Shown: piece after piece, positions 1 through 13,384 of the stretch | How positions within the stretch are numbered: position 1 is the first letter of the stretch | Layout of the letters: each line of letters begins with the position of its first letter | Origin: Laetmonice hystrix | Taxonomy: Eukaryota | Length of the DNA: 64,000 nt | Direction of reading: 5' to 3' | NCBI GenBank assembly: GCA_965235115.1 | Contig: OZ249439.1 | Coordinates: 2,480,001 to 2,544,000 of the forward strand | The notes under the pieces: model-generated | The model's input: only the letters and a program-made list of their open reading frames with translations | What the model was told of the DNA's origin: nothing | Database searches by the model: none | Made by a program: the position numbers and the translations under genes

Positions 1-535
1 GGAGTAACTCAGACCACCTATAGTAATTGTTTATCAGCAGTGGGTGGGCTAGGAGTTGACGGTATTAAACATTGATCCTGTAATGACAGTCTCAGGTCTG
101 AGCACTGTTAATGTGTTGGATTGTGTTTACAGACTTGATGAGATTGTTTGTGAACACTTGTAGTTCTCACATTGATGGGAGTAACTCAGACCACCTATAG
201 TAATTGTTTATCAGCAGTGGGTCGGCTAGGAGTTGACGGTATTAAACATTGATCCTGTAATGACAGTCTCAGGTCTGAGCCCTGTTAATGTGTTGGATTG
301 TGTTTACATACTTGATGAGATTGTTTGTGAACACTTGTAGTTCTCACATTGATGGGAGTAACTCAGACCACCTATAGTAATTGTTTATCAGCAGTGGGTG
401 GGCTAGGAGTTGACGATATTAAACATTGATCCTGTAATGACAGTCTCAGGTCTGAGCCATGTTAATGTGTTGGATTGTGTTTACAGACTTGATGAGATTG
501 ATTGTGAAGACTTTTTGTACTGACGTTGATGGGAG
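1..535. repeat. 177-bp tandem repeat, 3 copies visible (may extend upstream)
   Basis: ggagtaactcagacc at 1, 178, 355; degenerate start at 532. Confidence 0.95.
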
Positions 536-3500
536 CAGACAGATGGCTGTCAGACACGACCGTCTAACTATCGTTATGTATGATATATGGCAGATATCTG
601 GGCAGACGCTCTAACCCCCACCCCACACCGTGTGGGGGGTCCATGATGTCAGGTGGGGTGCCATCTCAACCCCTGGCGTCCCATTTCACCCCCTTCCCCT
701 CTCATGTACCTTTTTGGTGGCTCTCTGATCATCAGCAGGGTGGCTCGTATACTGTTAGCCTCTCCCGGCCGCCGGTAGGGGGCGCGGCATCACTTAGTAA
801 CGTTATTCATAGGTGGCCGTGAAGCTATTTACAACTGATGTCTTGTTTTCTCCAATAATCCTCCCCGCTGGTGATAACGATTCGTCAGAAGGCAGGAGGG
901 GGCCACCCAGTTTACGGATTTATCAAATCTGTGCTGGTCGTACAGACAGCTCAGCTATTAACCAGATCACCAAACGTATCAGAATGACTCTTCTATATGA
1001 GATGAAAGTCTCCATTGGGAAGGTTTAGGACTGGTAAAACTTCGGATTTTCTGGTTTGCTACAAGCCAGTGGGAAACCTGAAGTATAAACTTAGGAAAGA
1101 TCTTAATTGGGGGATAGTGTGACTGTAAATTAGGTCACTCTGACCTAGAAACGAAAGCCCTGTCGTGTCAGATGTGACATCATTATCTGTACACACCTGA
1201 AATGTTTCGGATAAATTAGGATCCTTGCAGGCCACAACAAAGTGTGCCAGGGCGGTGACTGTCCGCCAGGTTGGTGGCCAGGTGTGTCTCAGGTTGACAT
1301 ACCTGATAATGACAGGTGTTTTCTGGGCCCAGCCTGGAGGGGCTGGAGGGGCCTGGTGACCAAGGCATGCCTGGAGGGGCTGGAGGGGCCTGGTGACCAA
1401 GGCATGCATGACGACCTCCGTCACTGCCGACTGATCCCAACATTTGATAACCAATCAGCACCCACGGAGACTGATAACCAATCAAACCCCACACCTACGT
1501 ACCACCGTCAGATGGCGCTGTCTCGGAAAGATAAACCGGCCACAAGTCCGGCAAAGTTAACCGTTGTAACGCCTTGAGTTTGTGTCCTGTCATTCAGGAG
1601 TTGTTACGTCACAAAGGAATCTTGGAGAGAGGCAGACCATAGAATTCTCCTTGACTCAGGAATCTGTCCGGTGTATTTGAAAAAAATCGTTTGAAGATGA
1701 TGGGCGGACTCACTGGTGGGAGTATGTGTGGAGTTTGAAGTTATTTGTGCGGGAAATGAACATGTGGTTTCAGTTTGAAGTTAGCGGTAAGGAATGAGAA
1801 ACAGATCCACTTTGAGAGACTCATGGGGCCTGGTTTCAGCGGTCATGGTAACCACATGTCAACCCGATGGTTTGATATTTCAGCCCCAGTTAAACTGATT
1901 AAAGGAAGGGTGAAAAAGGTTGAATAACGTGGCTGTTGGTCGAACCTGACTAGCCACTAATTGTTTTAATCTTCCAGGATGGAGATATGAGCGGTCGTGG
2001 CTGCTACCCTCAGGAGAATTGATGGAACCGCCAATGAGGAGAGGCGGCGGCACTTAGACCCTCAAAGTGGGAGGGAACAGATTTCTGTATTTTGGGTGAT
2101 TGCCGCACAGAAAATATACCAGGTTAAGCACCCTGACGAGTTTCTTGTAACCCTGAAGCATGCCACAAAAACGTGAAGAGGTTTTAGAAAAAACGGAAAG
2201 GAGAACTATCACAGGCAGGAGTGAAGGCTAAGAATGTCGACCATGCGCTTTACACGTCTAGGAGATCTTTAGCAGTTTATGAGATGACGTGATGGCGGAG
2301 ACGGTAGCGACCCTTAGAGAAACCAGCCGGGACCTGTTGAAATCGGAGTAGACGTATATCATGGCACGTGTTGGCTGGGAGTTAGGACAGCAAGTGTTTG
2401 TAACTTCTCGTTCTCCACAGCTTGGCCACTTCATTCTCCATCATCAATATTGTGATTGTGAACGTTTTTCCTGCACTCCGGGAGATAACATAGTGAAAGT
2501 GGTTGGTCGTGGTGATGGGGGTGCCAGGGACGGGGGTGGGGGGTTGTTACCCCCGTCCCCAGGGTTTAACCAACCAGCAGTCGGTGGAGGCACGTACGGC
2601 TATCACAGACACACCCAACCCTAGCTCAAGTCATGCCCAGAGACCATTACTTCGAACATAAATAAAAGTTGAAGTTTTCAGGACCTTGGTGTGAAATTGG
2701 CGGCATTGCCTGACCTTGATCGTGTGCCAGGCTCAGGTACAGAGGACAAATATTTAGATGATTAGTGGGGGAAAAAACTAAACAGGATTAAAATCTGGAG
2801 GAAACGTAGGCTGAAGAGAAGTTGTACTGTGAATGTTATTTATACATTCTGGATTAAAGGTAACTCAAAGTTTAAAAGAGGGCAAGTCGACACTGAGAGA
2901 ACAGTCATTGTACGGAGATTTCTGTGTGACTGTGCTTGGGAGAATAGTCATTGTACGGAGATTTCTGTGTGATTAAAAAACAACATTTGCCGATATTCTT
3001 AACCTGGGTTGTCCTGTCTCAGAGATTGGTTTGTTATTTATGGTCTCAGTGCCATCCACGAGTGAAGTCCAATCGTGCACGGCTGGGGGCCGCCGTTCTT
3101 TATTACAAAGCGGAGCCGTTTTGAGGACTGAGAGAATAAGATATGAAATGTATCTGTGAGGTCATGCCGTGAAGTACTGGGCCGTGGTGATGGTTGCCAT
3201 GTGGCCGTACGTCCTGGGTGATGACGTTCATGGAACCCGTCGTCTGCTGCTGCTCGAGTCTGCCACTAGAGGTCTCTGCCGTCTGTCGGTGGCGGCAGAG
3301 ATTACCACTTAGACACGGTTCACGGAGAACGCAGTTATTCTGCGTGCTGTGGAAGCGTGATCACACTGTGAAACAGTGGTGTATCATGGCCCGCTTACGT
3401 CTCACATCGACCGACCATCAAACCGGAATGGTGTTACAAAATGTTAATTTGAAATTAAAGATTTTAAAAGATGTGTAGGGTCACTTGTCAGATTGGTTTG

Positions 3501-5037
3501 TGATCTCTGGTTTCGAGTTTCACGATCCACGATTGTGAAAATCCCCTCTGATAGTTTTACCTTGTAATATATATTTGATATCTAAGTGACCCTGGATTAT
3601 CTGACACAAAGGTCATTTCCCAGCCTACCCTAATATGTATGTCACTTGTATGTAACACCCAGTCTGATTGGTTGAGAGATGATAGCGTTGATTGATGACA
3701 TATCGTCGGACGGCTGTTTTTGATCTTTACCCTCAAGGCGTTCTGATTGAGTCTGAAAACTCCTTCAGGCCTGAAAGTGAAGTTAAGTAGGCCTAAGTAG
3801 GTCCATAATGATGTCAAGTCATTGGGCAAGACCAGTGAGTTATTTCCCATGCATTTATTTCTTCAAGCCTACTTTGAAATAGACGGGAGTTTTGTTTGAG
3901 AGGAGAGAACAAGGACAAGAGAGTGGAGTTGAAGAGTTGGTCCAGCTCTGGCCCGCCGGGCCGCTGGTCCGTCGGTCGGCCTGGCTCACCCAGCTGGTGT
4001 GGCGACCGCCCGGCCGGCGTGCTTGACTAACCATGCGTGACTTTAGTTTAGGGCCCTGTACCTGATGAGTGCCGTGAGGGGGTAGGGGGCCAGGCGGTGA
4101 GGGGATTTAAAATTGAAGCCATCTGACCGGAGGTTGTGCTAGCAGCAGGCACCCGCGCAGAAGGCACCCCCCCCCCTCACCGTCAGTCGTGGCACTCATT
4201 ACCTCCAAGTTTTCAGGCAGGCCGATATTTTAATGACATGTTCTGTACGGTTTACCATACGGACCCACACTGGTGCCATGGATAGCAGACAGTAGCCCAT
4301 AATGTACACACTACTGGATACCGTGACCTGAAACTGGGGAGGATTTTGTTTTCACAACAAGGCAGTGGGCAGGCAGACAGCAAAGTCAAGACGAGACTTC
4401 AAGTATATAAAACACAGTTGTATGGAATAGTCGCAGTTTTTAAAATCAGAATGGGCCCGTAATTCTGATGCCCCGCCTATCTGTACCCTTCCCCGAGAAA
4501 TGTAGAAGGAATGCCAGGCTTGGAGGAGTTCTGGGGGGAGGGGGTACGGAGGGGGGTACGCGGGGTAGGCCTGCACATGGTTTTCTACCCCCTGTGTACC
4601 ACCCCATGATTCCTGATCCATCACCCCTCCACGTCCACCAGGGGGAGCCAGGGGTCCCAGTCGAGTGCACAAAGACAGACGTCCAGACTCCCGTTCGTCC
4701 GATGATTTTCTCTCCCCCCCCCCTCTCCCGACCCCCAACATCACGGCCCTCGGCCCCCGACCCTCGGCCCCCGGCCCCTGGCCCTACCCGGGCGAAGGGC
4801 GAGGATCTCCGGGGCCCGGGCTGTCCACCGATCACGGAGAAACCCTGATAAACGGCTGTGGTGTGGGGAGGTTGATTAGGGTGGGCAACCTAATACTGTC
4901 CCGGTGGGTTGGCTACCTTGGTGTAGATTTATATTCGGACAACTGGCACGATGAAAATCTTCAACCGGGCCTCAAGTGAGAGTACATTCAGAGGTTCTGA
5001 TCTACACAACATGGGGAACTCGTTTAGAGGTCGCTTG

Positions 5038-5730
5038 ATGTTCCTGGTGAGGGTTTGATATCTCGGTAAACGGGGAATGTTCCTGGTGAGGGTTTGATAT
5101 CTCGGTAAACGGGGAATGTTCCTGGTGAGGGTTTGATATCTCGGTAAACGGGGAATGTTCCTGGTGAGGGTTTGATATCTCGGTAAACGCGGAATGTTCC
5201 TGGTGAGGGTTTGATATCTCGGTAAACGGGGAATGTTCCTGGTGAGGGTTTGATATCTCGGTAAACGGGGAATGTTCCTCGTGAGGGTTTGATATCTCGG
5301 TAAACGGGGAATGTTCCTGGTGAGGGTTTGATATCTCGGTAAACGGGGAATGTTCCTGGTGAGGGTTTGATATCTCGGTAAACGGGGAATGTTCCTGGTG
5401 AGGGTTTGATATCACGGTAAACGGGGAATGTTCCTGGTGAGGGTTTGATATCTCGGTAAACGGGGAATATTCCTGGTGAGGGTTTGATATCTCGGTAAAC
5501 GGGGAATGTTCCTGGTGAGGGTTTGATATCACGGTAAACGGGGAATGTTCCTGGTGAGGGTTTGATATCTCGGTAAACGGGGAATGTTCCTGGTGAGGGT
5601 TTGATATCTCGGTAAACGGGGAATGTTCCTGGTGAGGGTTTGATATCTCGGTAAACGGGGAATGTTCCTGGTGAGGGTTTGATATCTCGGTAAACGGGGA
5701 ATGTTCCTGGTGAGGGTTTGATATCACGGT
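5038..5730. repeat. 39-bp minisatellite x~18
   Basis: atgttcctggtgagggtttgatatctcggtaaacgggga; starts at 5038 and 5701 differ by 17x39. Confidence 0.97.
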
Positions 5731-7117
5731 CGACGTGAAATGTCATCTGGCCAGGTGGGCAGACGGGGGGGGGGGGGTGACCTGGCGTGGATTACGTCGA
5801 GATAATCCCCCGGATTCCAGGGGAACCACAGGTGTTAATCTTACCCCCATAATCTCTGGACGTGAGTTCCCTCCCGACATGCTGCGTGTATTTGGAGGTA
5901 TAAGACAGAGGTAGAGCTAGGCGGGCTCCTTTGAAAACACGAGACCAAAGGAGGCGGGTTATTCCTGGCCATACATCGGCAGATACCGACTACCTGTGTG
6001 ACACATGACTGTCGAGTTGAACCATCGTTGGTTGCACACACAAGGACCTGTATAACACATGCCTGTCGAGTTGAACACACAAGGCTGGCGTCGTCTTCCG
6101 TGCGATAATCTATAGGGGCACTAATCCCCTTAGAAGTTAATCAGGGTTTTATATAGGGCAGTGGGGTGAAATGAAAACGTTTGCCAAAGTCAAAGATATA
6201 AGACTTTAAATACTGGATTCGTTTTCTAACAGAAGTAGAGAATGATAGAACGTAGAACTACGACATGTTTTTGATATATTTTTTGTGTTCGTGTTTTTTG
6301 TTTGGGGAGAATTGACTGGCCTGTCTGCCAGCTGGATGCTGATATTTGAAAAAACAGCAAAGACAGTATGGCACAGCCGACATGGAAGACAGCCTACTCA
6401 CATTCTAACCTAATTTTTCACAAGTGATGTGCTGATAGACTATGCGTGCGTCCATTTCATAGCTTACAATAATATTTCAGTTACTGTTACATTTCTTTGG
6501 GATCATGTGAAAAATATTAACCGCAAAAGTTTTCAGGAAAATAAAATGGTATATATGTGTTTCTTTAGCCCATGGGACTCTGATGTTATAAAGTGATGTT
6601 ATATAAACCCATTTATATATAAATTTATATACCCATTTATATAAATCTTTCTGATTGAAAACACACATGGATTATACCTGGAGGTGTCTGTGATCAGAAT
6701 GTAGATAAAGCGAAACCTTGCAGGGGTTTCTCCCCAATCCCCCCCTCTCCAGGCAGGGTGAGCACATTGCGGGAGGTTATGGATGCATTTATCCTTCATT
6801 TAGCCGGAGGCTGGGGGGAATCAGAGTGAGAGCCCTGAGGGTAACTGACAACCACAATACTTATCTACCCCACATACCTCCCTCCAGCTCTACACAACCC
6901 TCACCCCCAAATACCCCACTACACCCCACAGGAAACCCTCATGACAACTCTGGTCAAGTCGTCGTTCACATGTCACTGTCTGTCAGTGAGGTAAAAAGTG
7001 GTTTTATACCGCCGCGGTCATATGCTGGGAGGATCAGCTGCCAGTATAAATTCCTCTATTTCATTGTGGACAATCCAGATAGATTAGAGAAACAGCTGAC
7101 TTTATTTACGGGTCATG

Positions 7118-7370
7118 ATGATCTACAGACTCCCTGCCCCCTGGGAACATGGTCTACAGACTCCTTGCCCCCTGGGAGCATGATCTACAGACTCCCTGCC
7201 CCTAGGAACATGATCTACAGACTCCCTGCCCCCTGGGAACATGATCTACAGACTCCCTGTCCCCTGGGAACATGGTCTACAGACTCCCTGCCCCCTGGGA
7301 ACATGGTCTACAGACTCCCTGCCCCCTGGGAACATGGTCTACAGACTCCCTGCCCATGGAGTCTACAGAC
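7118..7370. repeat. 31-bp minisatellite x~8
   Basis: atgatctacagactccctgccccctgggaac. Confidence 0.95.
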
Positions 7371-7425
7371 GTTCCAACAGGTGACAGGCTCGAATGGTCA
7401 TCGATTCTCTATTGAGGCTGACAAG

Positions 7426-7584
7426 GAATTTGGTGCACCTTGCCTGTTTGTGGATATCTGGAAGGTATTTGACAGCTGAATTTGGTACACCATGCCTGTT
7501 TGTGGATATCTGGAAGGTATTTGACAGCTGAATTTGGTGCACCATGCCTGTTTGTGGATATCTGGAAGGTATTTGACAGCTGAA
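7426..7584. repeat. 52-bp tandem repeat x3
   Basis: gaatttggtgcacc...gtatttgacagct. Confidence 0.95.
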
Positions 7585-8132
7585 CCGTGGGCAGGAAGAA
7601 CAGGTGTCAGATATGTGTTTCATTAGATCATAATTCAATCACAAAATATAAATCAGTTTTCAATGAAACATCTTTGATTAACGATGCATGGTATCTTGAA
7701 TAGTTCCTCCCGTTTTTGGCGGTATGGCGGAGGGTGGGGGTTGGGGTGTGTGGCTGGGGGCCCATGGCGAGCCGTCAGTCACATTGGGATTACAGGAGCC
7801 AGGTATTGAAGTATCCAAAGATGTAGATCGATGTCATTTACCTCGGAGCTGTTTCTAACCTATTTCAGACCGATGTAGAAGCCCAAGCTGTCAGCAGCCA
7901 TCCTGTGCCGCTCAGACTAACTGCTCTAATTGTCCCAGAGGCTGTGGCACGGTGTCTGGTGCCAATCTGATAAGTTCACATTCACAGTAGGAGATCTCTA
8001 ATTCAACAATCCGGGAAGATTAGAGGTGACAGTTTTAATGATGTGATAATTGATGGCCTAGCATGGATTGGTGGCAGTCAGATCGGTGGCGGAGTTCGGG
8101 GTCAGTCTGAAAGCAGATGGTCCCTCCTTCCT

Positions 8133-8310
8133 TTATCTCGATGTGTTTGGTGGACCTTGGTTAGGTTCTGTCGTCTAACCATAAAGTGTGATCCGATCTT
8201 TGCTAAACTTAATCCTGGATAACATAAATTATCTCGATGTGTTTGGTGGACCTTGGTTAGGTTCTGTCGTCTAACCATAAAGTGTGATCCGATCTTAATC
8301 CTGGATAACA
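8133..8310. repeat. about 96-bp direct duplication x2
   Basis: ttatctcgatgtgtttggtggacc at 8133 and 8229. Confidence 0.9.
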
Positions 8311-10676
8311 CAAATATTCTTGTGACAGTTTCTGATTGGAGGAGCACCAAGGGATGAACTGTTATGTAAGGCGTGTCGGGATTGGCCGTTTTATTCCCAC
8401 CATTAGTTCTGTTTGCAGCCTCCAGGGGGTATCTTTCTCCGCCATTAAATGATGCGGGCAATTGTAGAAACTTGTACCCCACTTGTACCCCACCAGTCAC
8501 CCCGCTGGGAATCCGTAGATTTCACCCCATTTTTAGGACCCTCCAGGTTCCACCCTAATTATTGCCGCAGTGGTTAATTGCTACCGAAGCTGATGGGCAG
8601 TAATGAAGTTAATTAGTTAATTAGTAACTGTAAGGGGGGTCGGGCAGGGGTTGTACTCCCCTGGGCCCTTCCTTGTTTAATGAGGGCGTTTAGTAAGGTG
8701 TATATATATACGTAAATCGTTAACTGAGCTGTGGATTGTCCATGTACTGGCGGGGAGAGGGCGAGGCACCAGAAGTCTCATCTTGGAAGGTTTTACAGAC
8801 AGCTGAGCTGGAATGAACCATTCCGGGAGAGTTCGACGTTTAGGTAATCAAGTATATGTACACAGGGTTCTGGTGTTACTCGATATCGTCAGGTTAGATT
8901 TGAGTGTCCCTCAGATACAGTGTTTTTACAGATTGTAGTTTAATATAGGACCAGAACGAGATAGATTGCGAGTTGCCAGTCTCCGCCAGCGGTCCACGCC
9001 TGGACAAAGGTGGAAGAGTTCTTGGGTTGGCTCCAACTGATGCTCCCGCCTACATGGCACATCAAAGCCTAGTAATGACACATAATGACACCTCCCTCCT
9101 GTCCCAGGTGAAAGAAGAAATCCTCCCCGCCTCTCCCCCACAGGTGGGTGATGGCACATCAAAGGGCACGGTGCGGTGTTTACCTGCCGTTTCTAGGTGA
9201 GCCGAGTCAGCAAACGTCCAGAAGTGATCATTGTCACGGGTAATGTAGCCGGATTGTCTGGTGGAGACATCTGGTGGTCATTGGCATTGATTATCGGAGC
9301 ATCAGGGGCGGCAGTTGGTGTCTGTTTAACTTGACAACCATGTTTGATTCCAAGGTTTGCACTCAAACAAGGTCACACTCAGGGCTTGGACTCACTCTAC
9401 CATTGAGGCGATGTTGAACTTTGAAACCATTGGAAAATGTCATCAAGGGAAATATCATCGTTATTTGAGAATCAAATCTCGGAGTTCAATTTAACTTCTT
9501 ACATGTAGATTTTGTAGCCTTCTTGGTTGCCTGCCAAAAGTTAGATATTTCTTGCAGAACGAACTCTGGGGTTTAATTGTACTGAATTTGACAGTGGTTA
9601 AGGTTTTTTTTCATTGCAGTTGTTTTTATCTGGCATATTTAATTCTTAATGAAAGTTTCGGTGAACAAATGAGCAGAAGGTTTACCAGTGTTTGAGACAA
9701 TGGGTGTGATTGGTTGGGAGGGAGGGTGTCGGTGATTGGAGGACGCATTAGGCAGTCGTCTAATGACTCTACCCTGGGGTGTCTGCCTTCGGGAGGCAAG
9801 GTTTGTTCTGTACGGCATGTGGTTAAGGAGGTAACCTCCAAAAAAACTATTCTAAATCATTGAGCAAAAAACTGGCAGCACTGATACTATGAAAGAATTA
9901 TCATCATGTACAAAAGAAATTTAAATGTAAAATTTTGGAAGAAGAGATGGCTGGAGGGTGTATGGTTGATTAGGCCGTGACCGCTTCCAGCCACAGTCAG
10001 CGAGCATAGAGCACCTCGACCACCGGCACAGGCGACGCCCGCCCCCGGCCAGCAGGGACCTCCCGCAAAAAAAAAAAAAAAAAAGGGAGCAAGGCACAAG
10101 TGTGCATTGTGTAATTCTGGCCGCCCCTGGCGACCGCAGGAGTTTAGGGGTTAGCAGGAACGCCAGCGTCTAAAGGAAGTTCGGTTAGATCAGTCCAGAT
10201 GGCATATTTTGACAGATGTTTTTCCGTGTTTGAAATAGTTGTTCATGCTGAGACATTGAAGATTCATGATTGAATGGATAGTGGATATTAAGTCATTAGA
10301 ATAAAAAGTGGGGGGAAAGCTGGAGATGAGAGTGGGGTGGCTATAGAGGGTTATAGAGTCATTTACCAAGTACATGTATTCATCTCGTGTACTCGAATCG
10401 TTTTCCAACAGTTACAGTAGCAGCAATCAGAAGGACATTCAGAGACAGAAAATGTCGTGTGATTTTACACAAGACGTGCCAAGGAATGTATGAGGATCGT
10501 AAACGATAAGATATATAAACATGGTGTGAAGGTGAGCAGGTTGGGCTGTTTCTGTGTCCTTGAAGGATAGAACAATTGGTGATATGATGAGTGCCGTGTA
10601 CTGTGAGTGTCCTGATGTCCGATGACAAGCGGTTTTTGAAGAAATCCGACGAGCAGACCTCAGGATCTGACGGCAG

Positions 10677-11182
10677 TTATCTCTTTATGTACGGGGCTGG
10701 TCCTGTGACAGACTTTGATTATCTCTTTATGTACGGGGCTGGTCCTGTGACAGACTTTGATTATCTCTTTATGTACGGGGCAGGTCCTGTGACAGACTTT
10801 GATTATCTCTTTATGTACGGGGCAGGTCCTGTGACAGACTTTGATTATCTCTTTATGTACGGGGCAGGTCCTGTGACAGACTTTGATTATCTCTTTATGT
10901 ACGGGGCAGGTCCTGTGACAGACTTTGATTATCTCTTTATGTACGGGGCTGGTCCTGTGACAGACTTTGATTATCTCTTTATGTACGGGGCAGGTCCTGT
11001 GACAGACTTTGATTATCTCTTTATGTACGGGGCAGGTCCTGTGACAGACTTTGATTATCTCTTTATGTACGGGGCAGGTCCTGTGACAGACTTTGATTAT
11101 CTCTTTATGTACGGGGCAGGTCCTGTGACAGACTTTGATTATCTCTTTATGTACGGGGCAGGTCCTGTGACAGACTTTGATT
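10677..11182. repeat. 42-bp minisatellite x12
   Basis: ttatctctttatgtacggggcaggtcctgtgacagactttga. Confidence 0.97.
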
Positions 11183-13035
11183 TATGTAGTCACCATGGCA
11201 GGTCATATGATGATATATGATGTGTCATAATGTGGTCCCAGATATGAGGTCATTCACCATATTTGAGGCCCGCGATAAGAGGTCCTTCAGTAGAGTTTAG
11301 GGTGAGATAAGAGGTCCTTCAACCTAGTTGTGATGAAGTTTGAGAGTTGACTGACATCAATAGGCCGACCCTCTGTCATATCAACCTACAGTAGGAATGG
11401 TCGTCAGGCCCTAGGCCTATTAATTATTGCTTGAGTGTTGGTAGCCATGACTGGAAGGGGGCTTATTTCTTCTATTATCAGGATAAAAATTAATTATTTT
11501 TTTTTGCGAACCTAAAACACATTGATACGTTAGTGAGATTGTTTGGAACTGTGGTAAATTCCAGGAAGTTGTTACGGGAGTGGGGGGGGGGGGGTAAGCA
11601 GGGACCATGTCAGCACATTCCAACCCCCTACCCTCTCTCCCCCTCCAAACCCCTTCACCCCTACTCTCCCTCCCCCCCACACACACACCCTGCGGTATCT
11701 GAGCTCGCAGTCGGCCTGTCGTTTGTGTTGAGAGTCTGCCCACCATCCATCCATCGTGAACGCGCCGTTGTCACGTCATGACGTCACGCGACCCTTGACC
11801 CCGCGCGGTGAGCCGATCTCCAGGCTGATCAAGGAAAGCTTACCTTATCTTCGCTCTACCTATTCTCCCAGCTGATGGATGGCTTGGCAGTCTGTGATAT
11901 GATCGCCACCAGACCCTCACCACCAACAGTCAGCTAGCCCTCTCAACTTACCCACACCTTTCTTCGCATTCACATTCTCAAAGGACCAGAGAAAAAGACG
12001 TCCGGGGGAAGTCATAATGAATGATTTCATTGCTGCAGCAGAGGGGTTTAAACCTCATTCATGGTTCTGTAATCGGAATTCCTATTCACAGTGGTGTGAC
12101 AGTATTTCAAAGTGAACATAGAATCTTATCACCTTTTCACTTTCGTCGCAGTTTGGGCCACATTTTGAATTTAGTTTAATTGTCTGTGCGTTTGCTCAAG
12201 TTGATCCAACTGATGTTCCGATAGGCGCAAATATCTCAGATTTTTACTGCCTACAAATACCGGGTATGGAGTGAACCACTGGGGGTTTAGGGAACAACAC
12301 ACCAAATATGTTAGCCTCCGTCTGAGACGGTTGACACGCCTGGTGACACGCCCACCCTGGTGTTAGGCTGTCACTAATATAAGATCAGAGAAACCCTTAA
12401 CGTTCAGGAGATCAACCCCCACGTTATTACAGATCCTTTCCTCTCCAAGGTCACCCTCGATAGAATATTTCCTCCCCAAGGTCACCCTCTATAGAATAAC
12501 TGATAAACGTACGACAGGAAACAAAGACTACACGACCACTCCTTCTATTGTTACGGCACTCCTCGCTACAGATAATTTAACCTCGGGTAATAAATCGGGA
12601 TGTTGAGACATGTTGAGTTTCTGTGTATTGTGTGTGTGAAAAGCTCCTTATCTGGATAATTTGGTAAGATTCGTCTGTGTTGTAACCATAGAGGTTACAC
12701 AGTTACAGTCATTATACTGAACGTACCGAGTTGATTGCAACCACCACCGTCTTTACATTTGATGATCACAGGAACGAAGGCCGACCTCTGACCCCTGACC
12801 TTTGACCCGGTCGTCCTCGCAGGTGTCACCAACTGGCCGCCACTCGTGGCGAGTGTCGGTCACATACCCCTCCTCTCCTCCACCCCAATCATCTCACACC
12901 CTCTCATTACACACCTCTTTAGGTGTGATGATCACCCCCCACCCCAGCCTGTTTACCCCACCCCTCACGGTCTCACCTCACCCTTGACCTCCCACCCTGC
13001 CCACCCCACATGTCTGATCACCTGTCCACGAGTAC

Positions 13036-13138
13036 CTCTAACCATTGTGTTATTTTTTGTATGTTCCAGGTAAGCTATGTCACATCCTTGGGTTCACTGA
13101 CATGAGATGATCATGTAAGCTAGAGCTGGGTGGTAAGT
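13036..13138 (+). promoter_or_regulatory. candidate recursive splice site (ratchet point) with 63-nt cryptic RS-exon
   Basis: CTCTAAC branch (13036-42), AG-free T-rich tract, CAG|GTAAGC at 13069/13070, downstream GTG|GTAAGT at 13132/13133. Confidence 0.55.
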
Positions 13139-13196
13139 ATAAAGTTTACAACCCTGTATTATTAATTATTTAGATTATCATGAATGTTGAATAGAT

Positions 13197-13384
13197 GAGT
13201 TATGCCACCTATACCCAGTGGTGTAGGTGTCAGTCGGTACTGGGGGTCGGTGGGTGTCAGAGTTATGCCACCTATACCCAGTGGTGTAGGTGTCAGTCGG
13301 TAGTGGGGGTCGGTGGGTGTCAGAGCTATGCCACCTATACCCAGTGGTGTAGGTGTCAGTCGGTACTGGGGGTCGGTGGGTGTC
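13197..13384. repeat. 63-bp tandem repeat x3
   Basis: gagttatgccacctatacccagtggtgtagg... Confidence 0.95.

Noticed and set aside
4382-4429. KVKTRLQVYKTQLYGI resembling an RTE LINE reverse-transcriptase C-terminal motif
   Set aside because: Only about 16 codons and the flanks do not extend convincingly. It needs a Dfam or tblastn hit to be called.
9303-10129. hAT-like element bounded by CAGGGGCGGC / GCCGCCCCTG
   Set aside because: Only a 10-bp match, and the 8-bp flanks (CGGAGCAT versus GCGACCGC) are not a TSD. The right end may be a solo terminus.
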